Shown piece after piece: positions 57,501 to 64,000 of a DNA stretch of 64,000 nt (the stretch's first letter is position 1; every line of letters begins with the position of its first letter). A program made the position numbers and the translations under genes. The stretch lies in the IMG/VR virus record IMGVR_UViG_3300042691_046823; one strand, written 5' to 3'. Under the pieces are notes generated by a model. The model was not told the DNA's origin. It saw nothing but the letters and a program-made list of their open reading frames with translations, and searched no databases. This DNA comes from a virus.

Positions 57501-60500
57501 ATGGCAGTTCCCACGGGTACTGTAACACGCGATTGATAGAGATCGCTGCCAATGGAAACTATGATATCTTTGGCATAGGCCAATCCACTGTTCCAGGCGG
57601 CAGGAGATGACACTTCTACAAAGATATTGTTTACAGACAGGTACTGTCCGGGTGTAAGCACGCAATTGCTTATGCTCGAAGTCAAGGTACCATATACACG
57701 ACCTTGATTGATCTTGTAATCCACATGGCCATGTTCTGGTATATCTTCGCCATAGTATGGTGCGCCAATGTAGAGACTGCAATCGTTGACGCACTGGTCC
57801 ACAGCATAACCATATTGATCGGCCGCCGCGGCTGCTGGATCCACGAGAGTCTGTTCTAAAGTGAATTGATTGGTTTCTACTGTGAGCACGTCTCCCACGG
57901 CAGGTGCTGTAACCATGGTGATTGTGTTGCCTGAAATAGAATATTGTCCACCCACGTTGTTTGCTTCGTCGACAAGCAATACGCTGTTGAGGAACACGTT
58001 GATTGGTTCCCCAGGATTAGACAGGCTCTGAACTGTAGTAAACGTGGTATTGGTGCTGGTCTGTTGCACAAAGTTTTGTGTTGACCGGTCAAACACATAA
58101 ACCAATCCTTGATTGTTGGTTGCTCCAGGCGCGCCCACGATGAGTTTTCGACCATCGGTGGAAGTGCTTACCGAATAACCAAATCTCGCATCGGCAGATA
58201 AGCCAGCCACTGAGATCGAAGATACCTGTTTCCAATGTGTTTGACAAACCACATTGATAACTGCACCGTTGGTTGGGGCCTGGGTGAATACCAGATCTAT
58301 ACTGCTATCAGCACCAAAGGTATAATCGTAGTGAGGACGTTGGATCACATCGTTGATGTAAACCGAGAACGATTCTATGCTTGTTGCAAGGTATAAATTG
58401 TCCAACGAGTAAGTGGTAGTAGATCCGTCGCCTATGAAAAGCTCGCCCACTCGACGACTGATGACCAGGGTCTGTCCTTGTGTGGGCGTTGCCAACAGAT
58501 TAACGTTGGTGCCAGACACTGTGAAATCCACTCCCAAAGTTAGATTCACGTTGTTGAGATTCACTGCTAACTGTGTGCCATTGTTTACTACCACATGATC
58601 GCTGTAATTAAATTGTGATGTGCTACCGTCGCAAACATAACGAACGCTTTGCAATTGTATATCTTGCCGGCCGTAACAATACACGCGATTGATTCCAGGG
58701 CAGCCTACATACAACCAATACTCGTCTCGAGCCATGGTCACACTTTGACCAAACAATGCTCCAGGGGCTGTTTCACCGTCTGGCAACAACAATATCTGTG
58801 ATTGTAAGAAGGCATTAGTGGCCACAGGATTGTATATCACATAGGCATAACCACGATCACCAAGACTGCGTGGTGCTCCGACTACGGCATAGGTTTGATC
58901 GCCCATGTCCATGCTGCGACCAAAATCTTTTAATCCCTCGGTCAATGGCTCGATTAGGATACCTTGCTCATAGGCGTTGGTTGCCGCGGTCTTGACATAG
59001 GTGTAGACTGCACCAGTGGCCAACAAGGTGCTGTCATCCACGGCCTGTAGATATCCAGGGGCTCCCACCATGGCAGCAAGATTATTGAATCCTTGAGTCA
59101 CGCTGGCACCAAATTGACTACTGCTTTCAGGTTGCGCGATAGGCAACACATCACTGTATGTGAATGGATCGGTTTTTTCCAACACTGTCCAACGGCCGAA
59201 ACCGTTGTCATCTACCCAGACCTTGGCACCGGATCGGAGCACATTAACATAACTTAGAGTGCTGACATCTGATGCTTGAGCGACACGGGAAGTGGCCAAG
59301 GTAAATGCCACACCTTCTCCTATGATCTGTGTCTGGGTGCCCAAAAAAGCCAAGCCAATCAGCAAGGTGTCGAGACTGGGCACACCTAAAACTCGATATG
59401 TGCCATCAACCACAGGATCAAAATATCTGATCACGATGTAATCATTGACCTTTAAGCCATGTTGCGCAGTCATGGTTACCAAGGATCTGCCATTTAAATT
59501 ATCGCTGACCTGCACTACATCGCCAGGAACTTCCTGCAAACGATAGACTCCCCAGTCGTAGCGATTTTTCTTGGCCGTCCATATGGTATCACCTTCTGAA
59601 AGCTCATCGATCTGTTGATCCAGTGCCAATGAAGTGGCAGCAAAATCTTCAAGATCAAACACAGTAAAATCTACATCTTCAAGATCAACATATCCTGCCG
59701 ATGGAAGACTTGCATCTGTCTCTGGTTCCAACGTGGTTGGCATGATATTGGTAGTAGTGAATTTTTCGCTGGATTTCCACAAATCCTGTAGCAACACAGC
59801 CTGATCAGCTTCACTGATCTGCTGTGTTTGTACGATTTCTACCAGGCTGGGATCGGCACGCAATCTTGCTTCATTGAGCAAGATTTCAAAGTAATTGCGA
59901 TTGGCAGTGGCACCATAACTGCTACGCAACATGGCCCAGTATTCATAGATATTGTATTCTGCTGTTTCTTTGCCAAGATCTGCACGGTTGAATTGTTCCA
60001 GCGCACCAATGGTGCCTTTGGTTCCCAGGAACTGTTGATACAACTGTACCTGGCTGACATCGTCCAGGTTTAAATCCGACATGTACTGTCGCGGACGGAA
60101 TCCAATTAAACCATAGCTAAAGAGATCTACATCGGTTTCGAGATTGGCCTGGCTGACATCGTAGGCAGTGGCCAATTGATCGCTGGCATTGGCTGCATTG
60201 GGCAACAGCCCTTTCTGTATGAGATCGTAATCGGCCCGGATCCAGATGCTGTAGTCAAACTTGGCCGCGGGCTCGATGATACGGCTTGCCGTCCAATAAT
60301 CGTTCTTAAACAGCACTATCTCGCCCTTGGTATACTGCCGATTTGGTTGCCATTCTATGATGTTGTCAAGATTCAGCACGAATCCTGGTGCATTCACTGT
60401 GCCATTCCAGTCGCCGCTGATGATACCCGACGCTTGCACGCGGCTCTGCCGCGCCCCAGTCACAGGTGAGTAAATTAAATCAGCAAATATGCTGACATTG

Positions 60501-63500
60501 TCCAAGACCACTGTGCTTTCAAACTGTGTGAGTCTGGTGCTTAGGAAGTTGATCGTATTTTCGTTCAGCGTGGTCACGCTGAAGGTATTGTCCATGCGCT
60601 CTATGACCATCTGTTCCGATTTGATCGGGACACGGTTCTGATTGAGGATAAGATTTTCTGGTCGAGGTTCGGCCATGCTGTCTACTACGTAGCCAGGAGT
60701 ATCAAGAGTGGCCTTGATAGCCGATGGATTGAGGTTGATGATAGATCCTGGGGCCCAGCCTTGACCGCTCCAATAAAGGAATTCCTCGGCCATTTGGTAC
60801 CAATCCATGGTGTAGCCGTTTTCGCGTGTGGCGAATGTGAAGCCATTCAGCGTGAGATAACGACCATAGCTCAGTAAGAAATCACAAACAGCATTGACAT
60901 TGGTAAAGGTATAGCCATAGGGCACTTGCGCTGTATTATCACTATAGTCTACAGACACTCTGGCAGTGACATCGCCTGCTGTGATCAAGCGTAGATTGCC
61001 ATTGGGCAGGCTGGCATAGACAGTGAAATAGGGTTTGATCTGATTGTAACCAAACACCTGCCATCCTGTGTCACTGCGCTGGATGATCACGGAACTGTAG
61101 GTTATTTCGCGTGAGGTTTGATTTTTATACAACAGAACAGTATAACTTTCATCCGGCAGCAAGAGGCTGGCATTGAGACTGTTGGGTGTGCTACGCTCTG
61201 TGAATATCTTGAGATATCGCTTGTCACTGAAACCGCCCAGTCTCCAACACAATCTCACTCCAAGGTTAGACAGATCGATTTCAAGTTTTTTAGTACCGTT
61301 GGTACCCAACTGCCGATTGTAGTCGATGATCCAGTTGATATAACTTGCTTTGCTGGTGCCGTCACCATACAGTGGTGCCAAGCGTGTAGCATCTAATCGA
61401 TAGCGATTATTATAGAGATACTGATCCAACTCGCTGTTGAATGTATACAGATCTCTGTCGGCGAACAGGCTGAAAAATTTGGCTGGTTGTGTCAGCGCCA
61501 GCAATCGCATTACAGCAAACGGCCATGCGCTGGAGGTGCGCCAGGTATTTTCTACAGGGCCATCATCGCCAAACGCCCAGGATCTGCGGAAACTGGTGGC
61601 ATCATAGTTGCTGACCACGCTGTCTAATGGTGATACCAAGGCTCCCTCAGAGCCCGCCGGAATCACTGCCGACAGATCCGGACGTGCGTAGCGAGGTTTG
61701 TAATAAGGTTGCACGGGATCTCTAACCAGGCCCTGCGCCAGGTCATCCCACAGAACCAAGTTGCCATCGGTATAAGGAGCCGGTCCATAGTATGATTCCC
61801 ACCAATAGGGTTGTTGGCTGAATCCCAGCAGCTCCCAAGGTCTGGTATTGGGATATATTGTGTCATAAAAATAGTTGTAGATCCCGCGCCAAGCGCCCAG
61901 CAAAGGCTGCCGATTGAGTTTGTTTTGGCTCTGTGAATAATTGTAGGTAAACGGATCATCGCCAAGATAAGTCTGGCTTGGATAATCCAACTTGTTCCAA
62001 CCTACCCATGCCAAGAAGTCAGGTGCCAGGATGCTGTTGATCTCTGACAGAGAATAATCTGTGGTGCGGAACTGCCCAGGAATAACGTCTACCAGAGACA
62101 GCGGAATCTCTGTAACGATCTTGACGTTGTTAAAGATGCGTGTTTCAAATTCCAATAACACCTGATCTCGATAGTCACCAAACGCAACGGTAACGGAACC
62201 ATCATGCCCACGGATGACCATGGTCGGCGTGACAAAAGTTTCATCCAGGTACATCTCAGGTCTATACACCGGGTACAGTCCCATCTTGGATGGTGTGTTG
62301 GGCACAAAGCTACCATAGGTGGTAGTATACTCGCGGATCTTGATGACGTCACCTACTTGCAAAGGAATCAACACCGTGAGAGTTGGTGTGTCCACTCCCA
62401 CGGTATATTCCGCGCCACGTTGTAGTATGGTGCCGTTGTAGTAAACCGATAGTCCTCGATAGTTGCTGTCGGTAAAATTAAAAGTTTCAGTGAGATCAAA
62501 CACATTGTCACTGATGTCGGTGAAATCGTATATCAGTTCAGTATAGGTTTGACCCCAGGGCAACATGTCCGACCAATAGAAAGGACTAACGCTGTCTCTT
62601 CCGGTGGCTATTTCTGATATTACCGAATCCAAGACCTGTGTGGGTGTGCTGTTGACATAATTGCCTCGGCTGGCAGCATCCAATAATCTTGCCTTGTATT
62701 TTTCATATTCCCGGCTGTTGAATTCTATAGCCGAGATCACTTCAAACTGACGCTGTCTCAAGAATGGCCCTAGCAAAGGCATAGGGCTGGCATGTTGCAC
62801 GATGTTTTCGCCGTAGCGCGAGATATCGCCAAGGTCGCGTGTGTTGTTGGAACCATCGATAGCGCCGCTGATGTTTTTGAGGTTTTGTCCAACGGTCTGG
62901 TAATGTGATCTAATGGTACCCAGGGTAAATTGATCACTGTTTTCATTCAGCGGGTTGTTGCTAAGATTTATTGGAACCTGGTAAAATCCTATGTCGCTGG
63001 CTACATCGCTCAAGACCTGTACTTCGATAACGGTACCAATGGCCGGAGGATTGATCAAGGTCACAGTGGTTTGGCTACCAGAAACAGTAACGACATAATC
63101 CTGCGGATTCAAGAATGATGCTTGCTGGAATACTTTGACCGACGGAAACACGCTGTCAGTGTCTGCTGGCACATCTAAAATCAAAGGCTCATTGTTGTAA
63201 ACAAATCTAAACTGCTGTCTGCTTCGTGCTGTTCCTGCAGCCGATTCCCAACCAATAAGACTGGTAAATGACACACGATCTATGTACTGCCGTGCAAATC
63301 CAAGACTGATGTTGACTTCTTTGCTGACCGAATCGGTGACATACAAAAAGGTGTCTTTGTAGAAGTTGTTTTCAAACAGTATGTCGCCAACGTTATTGAT
63401 GTTCAAGAATTTGAGACTGAACCCTAAGATCTGATCAACGATATCAGTTTCGCCAATGGCATAACTGAAAAGTTTAGTTCCAGCAAAGGTTGTGCTGGGA

Positions 63501-64000
63501 TAGGTAGCAGTGTTGCTGAGGCTGATACCATTGTTATCAAATACATCAAACAGCGGGGCCTGGTTCACGCTGATTTTTTGTTGTGCTGAAATCCAATCTG
63601 ATCCATTAAACCAAAAACTTTTGCCTTGCAGGGTATTGCCAGACAAGCACACCACGGTCTGGCCTTCCCGAGCCAGACCATTGAGCACAGGCTCAAGGTC
63701 GATGATAAAGGTTCCTGACAAGTTTGGATCAATGAATTGAACTTCATAGATCTGATTGCGCACAGCTGGGTCAGAATCATTGGCAAAAATTACGCGGGTA
63801 CCATTGATGAAATTATATCCGTCTAAACTGTATCCAGTTTGACCATTGATGTTGCTAAAGGCATCAGTTGCGTTGAGATCGATGATGTCAATCGGGGTCT
63901 TGCCCTGCGTTCCAAAATTAAAAAGATCAATGTTGGCCCGGAACTCCAAGATGGGACGCTTGCCTTGTTGGCCCTGATTCAACACAGCTATCTGATTATT
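51569..64000 (-). CDS. giant virion protein (>4138 aa, baseplate wedge/tail-associated), 5' end outside the window
   Basis: Uninterrupted frame; FG..V..GAP propeller-like repeats, V.xNG...DY...T.F...P repeats, W....Y..G..V modules. Confidence 0.8.
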   Translation of the reverse strand, partial: NNQIAVLNQGQQGKRPILEFRANIDLFNFGTQGKTPIDIIDLNATDAFSNINGQTGYSLDGYNFINGTRVIFANDSDPAVRNQIYEVQFIDPNLSGTFIIDLEPVLNGLAREGQTVVCLSGNTLQGKSFWFNGSDWISAQQKISVNQAPLFDVFDNNGISLSNTATYPSTTFAGTKLFSYAIGETDIVDQILGFSLKFLNINNVGDILFENNFYKDTFLYVTDSVSKEVNISLGFARQYIDRVSFTSLIGWESAAGTARSRQQFRFVYNNEPLILDVPADTDSVFPSVKVFQQASFLNPQDYVVTVSGSQTTVTLINPPAIGTVIEVQVLSDVASDIGFYQVPINLSNNPLNENSDQFTLGTIRSHYQTVGQNLKNISGAIDGSNNTRDLGDISRYGENIVQHASPMPLLGPFLRQRQFEVISAIEFNSREYEKYKARLLDAASRGNYVNSTPTQVLDSVISEIATGRDSVSPFYWSDMLPWGQTYTELIYDFTDISDNVFDLTETFNFTDSNYRGLSVYYNGTILQRGAEYTVGVDTPTLTVLIPLQVGDVIKIREYTTTYGSFVPNTPSKMGLYPVYRPEMYLDETFVTPTMVIRGHDGSVTVAFGDYRDQVLLEFETRIFNNVKIVTEIPLSLVDVIPGQFRTTDYSLSEINSILAPDFLAWVGWNKLDYPSQTYLGDDPFTYNYSQSQNKLNRQPLLGAWRGIYNYFYDTIYPNTRPWELLGFSQQPYWWESYYGPAPYTDGNLVLWDDLAQGLVRDPVQPYYKPRYARPDLSAVIPAGSEGALVSPLDSVVSNYDATSFRRSWAFGDDGPVENTWRTSSAWPFAVMRLLALTQPAKFFSLFADRDLYTFNSELDQYLYNNRYRLDATRLAPLYGDGTSKASYINWIIDYNRQLGTNGTKKLEIDLSNLGVRLCWRLGGFSDKRYLKIFTERSTPNSLNASLLLPDESYTVLLYKNQTSREITYSSVIIQRSDTGWQVFGYNQIKPYFTVYASLPNGNLRLITAGDVTARVSVDYSDNTAQVPYGYTFTNVNAVCDFLLSYGRYLTLNGFTFATRENGYTMDWYQMAEEFLYWSGQGWAPGSIINLNPSAIKATLDTPGYVVDSMAEPRPENLILNQNRVPIKSEQMVIERMDNTFSVTTLNENTINFLSTRLTQFESTVVLDNVSIFADLIYSPVTGARQSRVQASGIISGDWNGTVNAPGFVLNLDNIIEWQPNRQYTKGEIVLFKNDYWTASRIIEPAAKFDYSIWIRADYDLIQKGLLPNAANASDQLATAYDVSQANLETDVDLFSYGLIGFRPRQYMSDLNLDDVSQVQLYQQFLGTKGTIGALEQFNRADLGKETAEYNIYEYWAMLRSSYGATANRNYFEILLNEARLRADPSLVEIVQTQQISEADQAVLLQDLWKSSEKFTTTNIMPTTLEPETDASLPSAGYVDLEDVDFTVFDLEDFAATSLALDQQIDELSEGDTIWTAKKNRYDWGVYRLQEVPGDVVQVSDNLNGRSLVTMTAQHGLKVNDYIVIRYFDPVVDGTYRVLGVPSLDTLLIGLAFLGTQTQIIGEGVAFTLATSRVAQASDVSTLSYVNVLRSGAKVWVDDNGFGRWTVLEKTDPFTYSDVLPIAQPESSSQFGASVTQGFNNLAAMVGAPGYLQAVDDSTLLATGAVYTYVKTAATNAYEQGILIEPLTEGLKDFGRSMDMGDQTYAVVGAPRSLGDRGYAYVIYNPVATNAFLQSQILLLPDGETAPGALFGQSVTMARDEYWLYVGCPGINRVYCYGRQDIQLQSVRYVCDGSTSQFNYSDHVVVNNGTQLAVNLNNVNLTLGVDFTVSGTNVNLLATPTQGQTLVISRRVGELFIGDGSTTTYSLDNLYLATSIESFSVYINDVIQRPHYDYTFGADSSIDLVFTQAPTNGAVINVVCQTHWKQVSSISVAGLSADARFGYSVSTSTDGRKLIVGAPGATNNQGLVYVFDRSTQNFVQQTSTNTTFTTVQSLSNPGEPINVFLNSVLLVDEANNVGGQYSISGNTITMVTAPAVGDVLTVETNQFTLEQTLVDPAAAAADQYGYAVDQCVNDCSLYIGAPYYGEDIPEHGHVDYKINQGRVYGTLTSSISNCVLTPGQYLSVNNIFVEVSSPAAWNSGLAYAKDIIVSIGSDLYQSRVTVPVGTAITDTVYWKPVNWSTVLAQDIVDAAVANVTVSVGENREFISNGRTQQFNIGDLYSAADSYTPLVYLDNVLQTLNTNYTYNNDTQTITFNLTPAYDTKINVIGGRITISVKNANATLTFNRLRVGPGTGTVFQDLGLTTYIDVQTITAPLLQDYAHFGQSLFVSETATNLVVGAPDASTIGFATFDDNTTVFDANTCVFSNTVTQSGAVYIFDFLPAASASATNQGQFVFGQQIYSSDITALERFGTAVDYTTGILLVGAPGEDLGDSTEANYGQVQQFANIARLPAWQAKRTQNPVVDITRLNSVFMYDRFSGASRQYFDFIDPLQGKILGAAQQNIDYTGSVDPAAYNVGTLNNYGERWGESYVGKIWWDTTNARFIDPNQNDIVYASRRWAQLFPGSTIEVYQWVVSDVPPAQYAGPGQVRSTNNYVVLSSINEAGLFGTQYYFWVSGIREVNRKARKTLSIETVARYIQDPKTSGIAYIAPINASTVAIYNGLPYIVAQDTVLHVEFDETANDAPVYVEYQLIAQDRRDGFLTDLLYRKFLDSFCGADIEGHKVPDPFLPVSELYGVQFRPRQSMYANRFLALENYLTRANRVMSLYPISEIRTFPLLQSQEPEPTVSSGQWNKRVADYAELTYQDLEIVPIGYKYLVVTDSTNSGLWTIYEVVSGASFGSKELLLVRVQTYDTNLYWNYIDWYLPGYNSRQLISAEVANFNDLAQLDLPPGSAAKVTTNGGNKWEIYLLENTTWTRVGLQDGTIEIKAEIWDYSIGRFGFDVEVFDAQYFDQEPVIETRNIIRSLNEEIFIDDLGIERNRLLVLMFNFILQEQVAPLWLTKTSLIDVDHVIRDLEPYQIYRRDNQDFVLDYIQEVKPYHVQIREFNLIYRGNDAYQGSLTDFDLPAYYDTAESMFISPVLDDDPLEPLSTTSSVPSTDPVWTTFPWDQWFNNYTLAVQSITTVDGGTGYTVPPTVIVGTEWQKNTAYAQGQQLFFNNNLYTVTVAGVSGQSEPRFTSGSRVNGTTTLAYAGTRTLAVARLLGGGQVGQIEIVVPGSGYIVTPAVTLEGGNGQGAVAVPVMTGTGIGRDFSAGDPTDPTEIYYTLVRSFTTTIKFDRYEYTSQVVNWEPNVQYEDGTLVRYADKVWSASSTDSTAVVGPTFDPQQWTLVPAGDLNGVDRTQGYYTPGPNEPGLDLALLMTGIDYPGVQVDAPDFNQNTGFDVGNYDINPYDNISYGPEGRPTYDPAILDAIYESYFGTPATGPIPTGTADTDINVDGGAFVDTYESHAPEELVPGIIFDTLDLRVFTTPGADWQMDGHGFPLRVLGYTYDSTSPVYSWANLVDYPTVIEIYNATWGLRLIRDVQFIVNWPTRTVTILGGIVDGESLQINVYGLGGGNQVWKNSIIGDQVNDGVIVEYPYAQIDRFAIYVNGEPTTAYTFSQYSTTQTLLTLNNTYNDTQLLTIAAMGLEEDSYTHDWSSPVIQAEIADGSTLTWTLDNSVQGTNPANLVVEINGRRARPPEGIQWTVDGSSRTYFLPNRGGYDQGLIGNNEVYAWIDNTPLTYGVQFVLDPYDGSSDRTITLSFDPEPGAQLLISVDHAADYYLDGSTLIYKPTASLLPLLGDVVTFTTFNDTSQQNILTQVFVGPTTQGSQINVGYDTTRYDQGTPFVDSTFDEGTGTIILTNVFDTGRVIDNPNRLLITIDNEYLFPYQDWYVDGTAVVISGPPINPASVVAITNFTQSITPDAEAFRIFQDMRGEQLVYRITPETTTKTVAQVMSTSDVVYVEQVSHLSQPNLPDGIFGQITIDGERITYRFRETAALEEISTGASIYTLGGANYTLLGQGILTAVLVTPGGVEVSAPYVVLNNDDWIAVQFLTVPPIGYTVRVSFTIAGAVFGLRRGTAGTGASEHAPGAWVYDIGLGNLLPAQYQNQTYPGFGIGGYDLSNYDMPTTIAQSWYQPGNGTPSNGQPLQVTDTLAARFIRGE

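Noticed and set aside
53573-57610. Long plus-strand ORFs (392 aa, 238 aa) opposite the giant gene
   Set aside because: Antisense shadows with no recognisable motifs.
1-64000. CRISPR array, integrase/transposase, introns or inteins
   Set aside because: No regularly spaced direct repeats, recombinase motifs or interrupted conserved genes seen by eye.

Overview
The window is part of a large tailed dsDNA phage genome, probably infecting a betaproteobacterium. This is inferred from Bug/TctC-family proteins, a MARIT-type RpoZ and the ANDDVYALAA tmRNA tag. The left part (1-25.7 kb, mostly + strand) is an early/accessory region with repeated sigma70-type promoters. It holds many small hypothetical genes, ahpC/ahpD, three orphan solute-binding proteins beside two PP-loop enzymes, seven tRNAs, a permuted two-piece tmRNA, rpoZ, a MoxR AAA/VWA pair, thyX and several unexplained structured RNAs. 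The middle (25.7-48.3 kb) is a modification cluster: NDP-sugar epimerase, DegT aminotransferase, two amidinotransferases, a carbamoyltransferase, five radical SAM enzymes and about eight glycosyltransferase-like genes. The right part (48.3-64 kb, - strand) encodes virion proteins, including an incomplete >4100-aa baseplate-like protein. The most striking observation lies upstream of the tRNA array. A 42-codon leader ORF contains all 20 amino acids within 25 consecutive codons, and its stop codon sits inside an antiterminator hairpin that is mutually exclusive with an intrinsic terminator. This looks like a general translation-failure attenuator that switches on phage tRNA supply. All functional calls come from motif recognition by eye; no database searches were run.
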